DNA from: Octopus sinensis
Lineage: Eukaryota
Reading direction: 5' to 3'
DNA length: 64,000 nucleotides
NCBI RefSeq assembly: GCF_006345805.1
Contig: NC_043002.1
Location: forward strand, 53,010,001 to 53,074,000
The position numbers were made by a program, and so were the translations under genes. This document shows, piece by piece, positions 12,607 through 25,963 of the stretch. The notes below the pieces were generated by a model, which saw only the letters and a program-made list of their open reading frames with translations, did no database searches and had not been told where the DNA came from. How positions within the stretch are numbered: the stretch's first letter is position 1; each line of letters opens with the position of its first letter.

Positions 12607-15600
12607 GTGGTGGTATGTATAAATGTATTTGTGTGTGCACTCAGTGTAGTTGAGTGTTTAAGAAGTTCATTTTGTAACTACAAGGTCCCAGGCTCAATAC
12701 CACTTTGTGGTTGTCTAAGGCAAATGTTTTCTAGAACCGGAAGCCAACCTACAACCTTGTAAGTGAAATAGTACAGACAAAAACTGTATAGAAAGCCCTG
12801 TGGATGAATTGTACCTACAATTTGAAAGATACACTGTGTTTTGTTGATTCTGCCTAAAAATTGAGTTATGGGTACAGATGTGTATTGATTGCTCGGCCAC
12901 TTATGCCTTCCTTCAAGAGCAGATAATTCAGCTGAACATACAAATGAATACCCATCATAAAATTCATCATGATGTGACAAAACAAAATGCCTTATAGCAA
13001 GTAGTTTTGTTCTCCATTCTGAACTGATATCAAATAAGTCAACAGAGACCAATGGAATAAGTACATAGCTTAAAAAAAAAGGTTGAGTCATTTGGTTAAA
13101 ATTCCTCAAGGTGGTGCCTCAGCATGGCTGCAGTTTAATGGACCAAAGCAAGTGAAAAGAAAAAAATAAACTAATTATATCCAGCATCAATAACAAAAAA
13201 AAAGGGGGTGGGGAAAAGCATCTGGTCTTCCTTCTACATATGACACCAATATTCTTTGTAATCTTAAGGTGGTAAAATAAAATGGTTAAATAGCAGCAGA
13301 CTACAAAATTTACATTCTTTACTATATACAGTTTGGTACTTATGGTTTTAGTTTTGAGTTACCAATTTCAGTGAATTAGTGGCTGATAAAACCAGAACTA
13401 ATTTTAATAATCTAGTGGAAAAGATTAATTAAGCAAAAGGTAGTGATCATGCTCTGAGCAAGGAAATATATTTCTGCAAAATCTCTAAACTAATACATTT
13501 TCTAGCAACAAGAAATATTCCTTACTCCATGAAATCACCAACATTGAAAATTCTCCCAAGAGAATATGATACTGCTGATCAAATTTTTATACTTGTTTTT
13601 TTTTTTTGTTTTTAATAATTTTTCATTATCAAGTTAATAACTAATTTTCTTGCTCACAAATCAGCACAGGAAATTTCTCAGTAGTTTATGATATTAGAAG
13701 ATAACATTCTTTTTCTCTTTGTTTTTTTTTTTTATAATTTTCATTTTCTTTATGACATATTTCCATGCATTCATGGGTTAACCAGGTCAACCAAAAAACT
13801 GTCACCATAGCATCCAAACAAAAGTAAATGTAATTGAAATGAGAAAAAGATTTATAAATCAATGCATTTTAGTTGATGAATGAGAATTATTACCAATAAT
13901 ATAAAATATAGAGAAGAAATACATATTTAAAAAAAAAATGCAGACCATTTCAGTCATCCCATTTAAAGATAGCTGAGCAAAATAAACGATGGGAACCTGT
14001 ATATTTGACCCTTGAAAGTTTTCAACAATAAGGATAAAGTGTTTAGTCTTAGACCAGCTGTTCTGCTATTCAAATTTCAATCTTGTCTTTTAATTCTTCT
14101 GTTAATATATCAATGGACTTAAACAGCTACCATCACTGCCCTCACCCATACCAAACAAGAAAATTATGTAGCTTAGGTGAAGGTGATGATGAGTTTTAGT
14201 CTTGTGGTTCTGTTGCTGAAATTCCAACTTAGTCAACTTAGTCTTTTAATTCTGTGATTTTTTTTTTATAAACAGAATCAACCAGCTACCATCCTCAATC
14301 TCACCCATACCATACAAGAAAATTGGCCTTCTTCCAATTTGAAATCAACACTTCCCAATAATAAATGTCTTCATAAAAATCTAAATATCACAGAACGAAA
14401 CTTGGTTACAAACAAGATTACAATAACAAATCAAATTAAATTTTTTAATTTTTCTTTTTGTGTGTGTGTGTGTGTGGTGAGTTGGGTTGTTTTGTCTCAT
14501 AATTTATTCTTTCTGCCTCTTTTCATTCAATAACTAGTGTCAGAGTGAAAATAATTTAAAGATTTAATTAATTCAGGACACTAGATTGGGCATTATTAGC
14601 CACAGGTGAAATATTTAAAAATACGCGTCAGTGATTCAGAAAAAAAAGGTTCTATACCTTTCTGGATGAATTAGACGACTGAATGAAATACGTCACATGA
14701 CAATGAGATTAAAGTTACTCGTCAACTAATTAAATGGCAGTGATTTCAAACTCTGCTACAGCCATTTATACATTGCCCCAGATCAAATACACTTTCAGTT
14801 TTTGCTTCAACCTACCTGGTTGACAGCAGGCTATGCTATTGCTATCACATGGTTACTTTTCCGTTATATGGTTGGATGCTAGGCAGAAGAAAGTGCATCT
14901 ATCTGTAAAAGCAATTTCTTCAACAAGAACTTCATATTTTGAAAAACTTATTCTGTTCATGCTACCATAGGAATTTAAAAAGACATTGTAAAAGGAAGAA
15001 AAGAGGAAGATAGATAGATAGATAGATAGATAGATACATACATACATACATATATGGATGGATATAACTTGGAAGTAACAGAAATGATACATGCCAAAAC
15101 ATTACAAAATATTGGCTTCAAAGTTTGGCACAAGGCCAGCAGTTTCAGAAGTGGGGCATAAGTTAATTACATCAATCTCAATGCCTGACTGGTACTTTCT
15201 TATTGACCCTGAAAGGATGGAAGGCTAAGTTAACCTTGGCAGAATTTGAACTCAGAACTTAAAAACAGACAAAATGCCACTAAGCATGCCAGCATGCTAA
15301 TTATTCTGCCAAACATTTTTGCATGCGTTTTATGTGACTAAATTGACAATTGGAGGGGGTGATGAACACAGATACAAAGACACACGCGCGCGTGTGTGTG
15401 TGTATGTACACACATACATATACACAGATATATGTATTCACATACACACATATATACAAACATGTATGTATATATATATGTATACACACACATACACATA
15501 TGTATATATGTACACATACATACATACATACATACATACATGACACCCTTCCACACAATTTCTGCCTACCAGATTTACTTACAAGGAAATGCTCAGCTCA

Positions 15601-16739
15601 GAGCTATTGTAGAAGACCCTTGACCAAGGTGGCATGAAATGAGACTGAACCAAAAACCACATGGTTGTAAAGCAAGCTTCTTAACCACACAGCTGCACCT
15701 GTGCCTATGTCTAAAGATATTCCAACCATGACTATTCAGTGAACCTAAGACTACACAACTAAATTAAACATGGGCAAATATAAAGAACTGATATATATAA
15801 AAAAAAACCCCAATAAAACACAAAATTATACAATACTTTTATTATTGCTACCTGACATATATAAATGACAGGTCTTTAATGATATTGATAACGATTATTC
15901 AGTATTGAGTTACCTCAGGAAACAAGACGGTTATGGTTGAACAAAATGCTTCAAATGGATTAGCGGCATTTAATTAATGACATCTTACGGTTAATCATTC
16001 TTGTGACTTTATTAACCCCCACCCCTCCTTTATGGTGCATACACAATGTTGATATGCTCTGGCAAATAATTAAAAAAAAATTCATAAAAAGAAATCAGTA
16101 GCAGTTAGAGTGAATTAAAAATGACATATTTGCACAGGAGTGGGTTTTAACAATAATACCATTACATAACTTTTAAGTTGCTAAACCATATCACTGAGAG
16201 ACATTATACTTTATAAATAATTATCTTAAGTATTATAGACAAATAGTAATCAATAATAAAAGTATTATGCTCATTAAGATTGTATACTTTTGATTTTGAT
16301 ATTTTTATTCTTCATATCTTTTCATTTTTTTTCTTCATTTTATTACACAAAGGTTATAGCATGTGAGGTATGTGGTTGCTATTTCTAACAGGTCAAGTGA
16401 CCACATAGAGGCCCAAGAGTAGTATTTGAGGGAGGTTTGGTTGTTATTTCTAGATGGTCAAGCGATCATGTAGAACAGTCATGGGTAACCTTTGGTCTGC
16501 AGGACTTTTTGAATGTCACACATAATAAAACATTACCTTGAATTGTTTTTTAGGAGTGCAACCTACCTAATAAGCGATGTCCCAGGAAAGTCTGCTTCTA
16601 AAAAGAGGTTGTCCACATGCAATGTAAAGGGTCCCTTGATAGATTGTAGGTTTTGCTGGTTTTTTTGGTTATCTACTGTATAAATCCCCAATTTTCTGCT
16701 CTGTATATTTTCAGCTTCCTGAAGATTCACTACCATTAA

Positions 16740-17213
16740 CCCTTTGGCATTTAAACCAGACATACCTATTGCTTTACTACCCACAAGGGGCTAAGCACAG
16801 AGAGGACAAACAAGGACAGACAAACAGATTAAGTCGATTACATCCACCCCAGTGTGTAACTAGTGCTTAATTTATTGACCCCGAAAGGATGAAAGGCAAA
16901 GTCGACCTCGGCGGAATTTGAACTCAGAACGCAGCGGCAGACAAAATACCACAAAGCATTTTGCCCGGTGTGCTAACGTTTCTGCTAGCTCGCCGCATTT
17001 AAACCAGCCATACCAGGCCAAAATAATCTAATCTATCTGTTTTATCTACAAACTGGCCAGTTCTGACCTCTCACACTTACCCTACAATATTACTCTAAAA
17101 ATAAACAAATCGCATCATTGAGATCTCTCAAAACTACATGGTAAGGCGTGACTAATTCAAATCAATGTGAATAAATAAGAATTATATTTGACAGAAATCT
17201 GAATGCTAAAGGG
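16740..17213. mobile_element. TTAA-type (piggyBac-like) MITE interrupted by a SINE B
   Basis: TIRs CCCTTTGGCATTT and GAATGCTAAAGGG; TTAA at 16736-16739, right flank CCAA (imperfect). A similar right end GTGCTAAAGGGTTAA occurs near 46098-46112. Confidence 0.6.
16767..16995 (-). mobile_element. SINE family B, young copy with a 19-bp target-site duplication
   Basis: tRNA-like head with B box GAGTTCAAATTCC; flanks CATTTAAACCAGACATACC (16748-16766) and CATTTAAACCAGCCATACC (16996-17014), one mismatch. Confidence 0.9.
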
Positions 17214-18204
17214 CCAAGCATTGCCACACACAAACACAATCAACATCACTACACAGTCAATGATCAGAAACAATGGAAATCAATCTTGTAACCCTTCCTC
17301 GCAAGGGTTTCATTGGTCAGAACACTAACACAGAGTAATTACAGGCTTACAATAAATCTGTTATCAATAGTTAAAGTGATAAATAATTTTTAAAAAAATA
17401 ATAAATGAAGCATTATCAATAAGAAAATGTGTAATGTTTTAGTTATGGCAAATTCAAAAATTTCACAGAAGCATACACATATACATACACAAAATGACAG
17501 TTAGCTTCTTGCTTATAAATAACCAATAAATCTGTGCTCTAAACTAACTATTAAAAATATAACATAAACATCTGGAATAATTAATGCATGTTTAAAATCA
17601 TCATTTACAACATTATACGCAACTATCATTATAATAAAACTAAGTTAATGATTAATGATAAGAAACAATAGTAATATTGATATCTAATGTGTAAATGACA
17701 GCTATAAAGGTGCAAGTAATATTTCAAAGAATATTTATAGATACTGTTACAGAATTGTGGCCATTGAAGCATGAAACCATGGCAATGACAAGGTGCTTAA
17801 CGAAGATGGCAACAGTGGAGTACTTATGGCTACAATGTCTTTCTTATCTGAAAATTTTGTGATATATGGTGAATGGTGACCTATAGGTTGTATGAAACTG
17901 TCACAGGCTTTGCAGTCAGTGCTAAGGCAGGATTTTAATTCTCCTTAGGTTGACTGCTGCTCGCTTTTCTGAGAATAATTGCATTACATCTCTCGCTGGC
18001 TTTCAACTTAGGTTTTTGCATATAATCAGCAAAAGTAAACGTTCATTAGAAGAAAATGGCTACCTGTTGGTTTTCGGTACTCTAATCTTATGTCATCTTA
18101 ACTATGACAGCTAATACAATCATAAATACAATAACAAAAACAATCAAACACCATCTTCCCTATTTCTATCTTCTACTTCTCAGTGATGGTTCTTTTATTC
18201 AACT

Positions 18205-18837
18205 ACTAATAATAATTTAAATTTCTGGCACAAGGCCAGTAATATCAGGGAGTGGGTAAATTTGAATATATCGGCCCCCATTGCTCAACTGGTACCTATT
18301 TTATTGATCCCAAAAGGATGAAAGGCAAAGCTGATTTCAGCAGAATTTGAACTCAGAACATAAAGACAGACGAAATGCTACTAAGCATTTTGCCTGGCAT
18401 GTTAATGATTCTGCCAGCTTAATAATAATAATAATAATAATGATAATAATAATCCTTTCTATGATAGGCACAAGGCCTGAAATTTGGGGGAAAGGGGCCA
18501 GTCGATTAGATCAACCCCAGCACATGATTGGTACTTAATTTATCGACCATGAAAGAAGGAAAGGCAAAGTCAACCTTGGCGGAATTTGAACTCAGAACAT
18601 AGCAATAATAATAATAATAATAATCCATTCTACTATAGGTACAAGGCCTAAAATTTTTGGGGAAGGGAATAGTCGATTACATCGATCCCAGTGTTTCACT
18701 GATACTTAATTTATCAAGCCTGAAGGGATGAAAGGCAAAGTCAACCTTGGCAGAATTTGAACTCAGAAAATTAGGATGGACGAAATACCACTAAGCATTC
18801 TCCTGGCATGCTACTGATTCTGCCAGCTCACTGCCTT
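18205..18837 (-). mobile_element. Three tandem SINE B copies separated by (ATA)n tails
   Basis: GAAAGGCAAAG..GAATTTGAACTCAGAA recurs at ~18321, ~18560 and ~18731; (AAT)n tracts at ~18420-18450, ~18604-18622 and ~18838-18860. Confidence 0.85.
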
Positions 18838-19098
18838 AAATAATAATAATAATAATAATAATCTGTTTACTTTGCATACCCAGGTAACCAATGCTGTTTC
18901 ACCTAAATACATTACCTTTTATCTTTTACTTGTTTCACTCACTGGACTAAGACCATGCAGAGCTTAGTTGAAGAAATCAACCCTAGTACTTATGTTTTTC
19001 AAAGTCTGATACATATTCTACCAGTCTTTTGCCAAACCACTAAGTTATAGGCAAATAAACAAACCAACAACATTCGTCAAGCAGTGGTGTGGGGGCAA

Positions 19099-19129
<31 letters not shown>

Positions 19130-19813
19130 ATTTATACAATGGGCTTTCATACAGTTTTCTTCCAGCAAATTCACTCACGAGGCATTGGTCGGTTCAGGGC
19201 TATAAAAGAAGACACTTGCCCAAGGTGCTGTGCAGTAGAAATGAACCTGAAACCATGTGGTTGCAAAGCAAGTTTCTTAACCACAGAGCCTTGCCTGCAC
19301 CTGCTGGATAAATTTCACAGCTATATAACATTACACGTAAGAACAACTCATGCTCAATTTATTAACAGTCGATTATTCTCATACTCCAGACCCTTTAATT
19401 TTATTACTGATGTTTCAAAGCCATACACTGAGTTCTTACATTCCTCATCCCCAGCCTATTATATATATACTTAGAGAAAAAAAGAAAGTGCTACCAATTG
19501 TGGAAGCAGTTTGATTAACCCTTAGCTAATAGTTAAAGAAACAAAATGGGAAAGAAAGCCATTACAGCAACAAAGTGATCACGTGCTTTTCCTTTATCTT
19601 TCCATTTTCTTTAAAATAAGTTTTCATTTACTTTCTATTTATTTATTTTATTTATTTATTTCACTTTTCAATCTAGCTATGCAAATTAGTTTAAAAGGCA
19701 AACTAAAATGTAGGTTGACGTCATCTTGACTGGGTTGTGACCAGAATATGCAACACATTTCAAAAATCAAATAATTTAATTAACTATAAAAGAAATGTGT
19801 TGAACAAATGCGT

Positions 19814-19847
<34 letters not shown>

Positions 19848-21678
19848 AAAAAATTAAATATCAATAGAAAATTCTGATGGAAAATTTTGAAAAACAAAGA
19901 TAAGAATTATAATAAAGAAATAAATCACTTATACACATACATACACATATTTGTAAATACATATAACCAAAGAAGAACACTTAAACACACACACTTGTAA
20001 ATATATATATAGCCAAAAAAAAGATCACTTAAACACACACACACACAATGCTGAAACTGTCACTCAGTATGAAGTGTAACTATCCATTCAAGTAGACAGC
20101 TGTGTTTGATGTATTTTTAACATAAAAGCATAGATGCGCACACATTAAATGTGCAGTTCTTGAAAAGAACCATCAGTTGATTCAATGGCATGAGTTCCAT
20201 AACAAAGAATGCCTCTGCTGCAGTTTTTGCTATAAATAATGTAAGCTGGTGAGAACACTTGAATGTAATATTCCAAGCCTTATGGTTTGCGTTTTATTCA
20301 TGGACTCTTCCACAGCCACAAACTTACTGCAATCCTCTTGTTGAATCTAAATCTAATTTACCTTCTTCAAGCTGCTAATGTTCTCTACAGAAACATGAAT
20401 GTTACTTAATCACATTCCACAAAAAAATTTTTAAATCCAATCATTTCAGGATCACATGGAGATCAATATTTCTTCAAAACTTTTCTTAGTTTTTCATTCA
20501 ACTATATAGTTCAGATGAACTTTGCTATTTATCTTGTTTGGAGTGAGGATGTCAAAAATATGCCCCAGTAATATAGAAGTACAACTCCAGCCATTGATTC
20601 CGACTCTCCTCAAAAACTTGGCCATGTGCCTTGTTAAAATTAATCCCTAACCTCCCCAAATTGAAATGCTGTTGAAACATGTGGAAGGCAGTACAAAACA
20701 TTTAAAGATAAAGGCAGAGTTGAACTACTGAAAACATGGGTCATGAATCCAAATCTTCTAGCTAAAACAATATTATACTGGTTCCCCCAGATGACAAGCT
20801 AGATTATTGATATCACCTCATTTTGTCTGATTACCAGACAGGTTCACTGAAAGGAGATAACAAGCAGGAAAAGCACCCAGCTGTAAAAGCTATAACTTTA
20901 GCAATATTAAAATGTAAAAATGAAAACAAAAAAAATTAAAAATTACAGTAAAACCATCTCATACTAACTGGGAGGAAAAATGATTGTAAGACAGAAGGCA
21001 AATTTAAAATTAAAAGAACACAAAATTATATTGCAGTAATCACAGTTGTAACATCTTGGCTGCTTACATGAGGATATCAGTTTAAGATTTCAATCATCTA
21101 CATTTACTCTTACAGCAAAATAAAGTTGGCATGAATGCAAGCTACTGAATATCTCATTAAAACAGAGGAGAAAAAAAAGAAAAGAAAAAAAAAAAGCTTC
21201 TATGCTATAGGCAACTATTCTACTCAAACCAAACTATAGCCTGCCAACAAAAATTCTCATCTATATATGTGAAAATTACCATCTTCTGCACAGCTTGGCT
21301 GCAAATACGGGTAGTATGAAGATAGACCACACTAAAACAATGGAACATTGTGTGATACATCCAAACTGTATTTATCAAGCATTGCTATTGTGCATTTTAT
21401 ATATTTTATCATATAATTTTTGTTAAAATTTAAATTCATTATCCAAAAATGTACATCAGCATGCAACAGAACATAACACACACACACACACACATGGCAG
21501 ATCTATTTCAGTTTCCATCTACCAAATCCATTATAAGGCTTTCATCAACCTCAGAGTCTATTGTTAAAGACACAAACCTAAAGTGCCAATCAGTGGGACT
21601 GAATCTGAAACTATGCAGCTGGAATGCAAACTAAATACCACCATGTATCCACTTCTTATATGTCTGTTTGAGTGTGTA

Positions 21679-21744
<66 letters not shown>

Positions 21745-21926
21745 CTAGAGATAAGTATTCTCTATATAACACACACTTCATAGTGCTCAAGGGATTTAAA
21801 CTTGAGCAGGTAGAGGAATAAGTGTAAAGACGAGCAAGTTAGGCAAGTTTACATATAAAAAAGGTCTGACTTTTTATATAGAATAGAAATGATATAAAGA
21901 ATTAAAGGGGTCGAATAAAAGTTTTA

Positions 21927-21988
21927 TGAGTCCAACAGCTGTTTCATACACACATACACGTGTGTGTATGAAACAGCTGTTGGACTCA
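21927..21988. repeat. Perfect inverted repeat, 28-bp arms with a 6-nt loop
   Basis: TGAGTCCAACAGCTGTTTCATACACACA-TACACG-TGTGTGTATGAAACAGCTGTTGGACTCA. Confidence 0.95.
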
Positions 21989-22027
21989 CACACACGCGCA
22001 TGTGTGTGTGTGTGTGTGTGTGTGTGC

Positions 22028-22270
22028 AGGCATGGCTGTGTGGTAAGAAACTTCCTTCCCAACCACATGGTTCCAGATTCAGGCACCACTGCATGGCCCT
22101 TTGGACAAGTGTCTTCTACTATAGCCTCAGGCTGACCAAAGCCTTGTGAGTGGATTTGGTAGACAGAAACTGAAAGAAACCTGTCATGCATGTATGTGTG
22201 TGTATGTGTATATATATATATGTGTGTGTATGTGTGTGTGTGTGTGTGTGTGTGTATATACATACATACA
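22028..22270 (+). mobile_element. SINE family A head, body and microsatellite; the Tc1 sits in its microsatellite
   Basis: GCATGGCTGTGTGGTAAGAAAC...GGATTTGGTAGACAGAAACTGAAAGAAACC followed by (TG)/(TA) repeats up to the Tc1 TA target. Confidence 0.85.
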
Positions 22271-22272
22271 TA

Positions 22273-23514
22273 CAGGGGCTGGACAAAATAATGGAAACAA
22301 CTTAAAATTTCAAACAAACTTATTATAATATGAGGTAGGACCGCCTTTGGCAGTAATTACAGCTTGAATTCTATGAAGTTTGAATAGTTTCCAAAGGGAT
22401 TTTTGTCCATTCCTCAGCTAAAACAGTCTCCAGTTTTTGTAGTGATGATGGTGGAGGATATCGACTCCTTACTTGTTTTTCTAAAATGCACCATAAATGT
22501 TCAATAATATTGAGATCTGGGGACAGTGGTGGCCAGATAAGATGTTCACCTTCACTAGAATGTTCCTTGTGCCATTCAGTAACAACTTTAGCTGTGTAAA
22601 TTGGTGCATTATCATTCTGAAAGATTGTGGTTCCCTCTGCAAACAGTTCTGCAACCATAGGATGAATTTGATAAGATAAAATACCTAAATAGTCTTGACT
22701 ATTAATTCTGCCACAAAGGGAAACCATTGGGCCAGCGGATTTCCAAGATATAGCCCCACCAGATAATCACAGATCCTCTTCCATGTTTAACAGCTGGAAG
22801 AAGGCAGTCTAGGTTAAATGCTTCTTTTAGCTGTCTCCACAAGTATACTCAGCCAGTAGTTGGAAATAAAGCAGAGGATGACTCGTCTGAGAAAATAACA
22901 TTCTTCTACTGTTCTAGGGACCAATTCTGTAGGTTTTTACACCACTCTCAACATTTTTCAATGTTTGTGTTTGAAAGTAGTGGTTTTCTGATTGCAGCCC
23001 TCCCATGAAATCCAACTTTGTGCAGCAGTTTTTGTGGAAAATGGGTTCTCAAGGTGGTCATTAAGCTCTGCAGTAATTTTGGGAATATACTTTTGTGATC
23101 CTTTCTAACAATTCACGTAAGAGTCTGACAGTCCCTATCTGAAAGTTTTGGTTTTCTTCTGGAATTTTGTTTCGACGAGGAGGTTTTTCCCTCTTTCTCA
23201 AAAGCTGTCATTACTTTCGAGACAGTACTTTTTGATACACCAAACATTTCGGCTGTTCTTATTACTCTAGCACCTGCCATATGAACACCAACAATTTGAC
23301 CTCTTTGAAAGTCTGATAGATCTGTCATTTAATGAATTTTAATTACCTTTATCTGATGACATCTGAAAAGAAACGGCAATTTGAGCAAAACATATTAAGC
23401 AACACTAATACTAAATCAAAGAACAAAAATAAACAAGCTTTTGACAGTTTTATAGATATTTCAAAATTACGATGCTATGATGGTAGGTGTTTCCTTCATT
23501 TTGTCCAACCCCTG
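22273..23514 (-). mobile_element. Tc1-family DNA transposon, full length (1242 bp), inactivated; DD36E (Incomer-like)
   Basis: 27-bp imperfect TIRs CAGGGGCTGGACAAAATAATGGAAACA and TGTTTCCTTCATTTTGTCCAACCCCTG; TA target duplications at 22271-22272 and 23515-23516; transposase motifs on the minus strand. Confidence 0.92.
22330..23328 (-). pseudogene. Tc1 transposase pseudogene (HTH plus DDE), broken by stops and frameshifts
   Basis: N-terminal MTDLSDFQRGQIVG...GVSKSTVSKV; VIFSDES (first D) near 22880-22900; FQNDNAPIY...WPPLSPDLNIIEHLW; terminal RIQAVITAKGGPTSY in a shifted frame. Confidence 0.9.
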
Positions 23515-24769
23515 TATACATATATATATATATATTTATATATATATGCATACATACATACACTAACATTATGTGTATGTGTGTGTGTATATTCTGTTAT
23601 TGTTTTACTTGTTTCAGTCATTTGAATTTGATAAGTATAAAATTGTACATAACACATAAAGCTGAGTTTATACATTTATTTAAAGCAGAAGTATTGCTCA
23701 TTTACTATTCAAACTTTCAGGCTACACAATAGAAGTAAGTCTTTGCTTTGAATATTTGAATAAACAAGGTTTGTGTGTGTGTGTAGTTGATCATTAAATA
23801 TGTACTTGTTCACACGATATATCCATTTCTACCAGTGTAATTAATTTATTATTAGCATCATCCTCATCATTGTTGTTATTATTATTATTACTCCTATGTT
23901 ACCAAGGAATAAAAAGGTTTAACACCATTGCATAAACCAATTGTTAAGTTTAAACATTTTGTTGACACTTAAATCAGAAAAAATCTAATTGCAGCACTTC
24001 CAAGCATTAATATAAAGTAAATATTTAAATATCTAAGATGTGAGGATCTTAATAAGATTATACATTTTGAAACTATTAACCTGATCTTTAGTGATGGAAA
24101 CATTTTCTTATATTTACATATATGCTGAGATTTGATTGGTTTGATGTATCATCATTATCATGCGTCTCAGATACAGCCGGATGTGTACATGTGTCAGTTG
24201 TCTATTAGTCAAAACAGTTTTTGGCTCTGAGTTTCGAAACATAGGTGCCTGGTTTAAATTTAATTTGCTACCATGTGTACATTAAGGAATAGGACACCTG
24301 ATGACAAGGAAGGACTGCACTGATCATAATAGAATAAATGTAAATATATTTTTCACCTTAAGAGATTAAATTAATAATTAGTTTTGATAATTAATATGTA
24401 TAATTGTAAGCCTAGTGGTCATGGTAGTTGGATTATGATTGTAAGGTTGAGGGTCTGGATCCCAAATTAAGTAACACATTGGGCTCTTAAGCAAGACACT
24501 TCATTTCACACAGCTGCTCCAGTTCACTCAACTGGAAAGTGAATATCAGCCAAGTACTGGTGTAGCCCTCCCCACTCTCATTTCAATTGTCACATCCTTA
24601 ATATTCTTTAAAGTGGTTAGCATCAGGAAAAGCACCCAGCCATAGAAACCATGTTACAATAGGGAGTAGGGCACAGCATAGTCCTCTGCCTTGCAAGCTC
24701 CTGTCAAACCATCCAATTCATGCCAACATGGAAATCAGATGTTAAACGATTATGATAGTCAAGAGTGGG

Positions 24770-25130
24770 AAGGTCCAGAATGGTGCCTGTGTCTGCATGG
24801 AACTATGTAGGCACCTAAAAAATTTAGTGAAAGCAGAACATGTAGGGTAAAGACCCCTTTTGGTCATGAATGACCATGGGATTGCACCTAGAAAGTTCCA
24901 CTCCAAGACAAATGCCTGAGAAAAGTTGTTTATAGAAGACCAGCAGTTGCCCATGTATACCAGCCTCCCTTCTCCAAACCACCAATGTTATCCAGATTGG
25001 CACCAGTGACATCACAACTCATTTCTACAGTTGAGTGAACTGGAGCAATGTGAAATAAAGGGTCTTGTTGAAGAACACGGCACACAGCCCAGTCCGGGAA
25101 TCAAACTCACTACCACATGATTGAGAGTCA
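24770..25130 (-). mobile_element. SINE with D-type head/core and a different 3' body
   Basis: 25020-25130 matches the D core (TTGAGTGAACTGGAGCAATGTGAAAT...GGGAATCAAAC); 24770-25000 is unlike the D body at 59316-59420. Confidence 0.55.
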
Positions 25131-25467
25131 TAAATTTTCATGAGTGATAGTCATGATTTTTTTTTTAATCTAATAAATCTAAAGTAGTAAAGATATAGGA
25201 GTAGATATGCTAACAAAAAACCTTCAAACTGTCACTCAGCTTGACAGTACGTGCAGCTTTATCTCTCTCAAATCACACCTTTCTACGTATGACTGCTTAT
25301 GGAGTCCTACATACTTCTAAAACAACTGGATGGTCATGAATGGAGTGCCTTGATTGTCAAAGATGATTGAGGTTTAACAACAAAACAACAAGTAAAATAA
25401 TGGCTTTCTCTTTTACTCCATGTGAGAGTGATGATGGTAAGATTTTACAACGGCTTTCTTTTTAAAT

Positions 25468-25509
<42 letters not shown>

Positions 25510-25963
25510 AATTCAATTATCCGCACCAACGCACGGTTGCAACACCATAGGGTTGTACCTCCAACCGTGCTGTCTTCTGCTGTGATTTTTGCTACCAAGG
25601 TATCGGTTAAACTTTTGATTAATCTGCAACAAGATTATTCATCTTTCTATTTCACAAAATATATATATATATATATATCATCATCATCATCATCGTCGTT
25701 TAACGTCCGTTCTCCATGCTAGCATGGGTTGGACGGTTCGACCGGGGTTCTGGGAAGCCAGAAGGCTGCACCAGGCTCCAGTCTAATTTGGCAATGTTTC
25801 TACAGCTGGATGCCCTTCATAACGCCAACCACTCCGTGAGTGTAGTGGGTGCTTTTTACGTGCCACCTGCACAGGTTCCAGGCGGGGCTGGCAACGGCCA
25901 CGGTCAGATTGGTGTATTTTTGTGCCACCGGCACGGAAGCCAGTCGAGGCGGTGCTGGCATCG

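Noticed and set aside
12678-13109. 143-aa minus-strand ORF
   Set aside because: Antisense across a degenerate SINE A-like copy; no domain or splice support.
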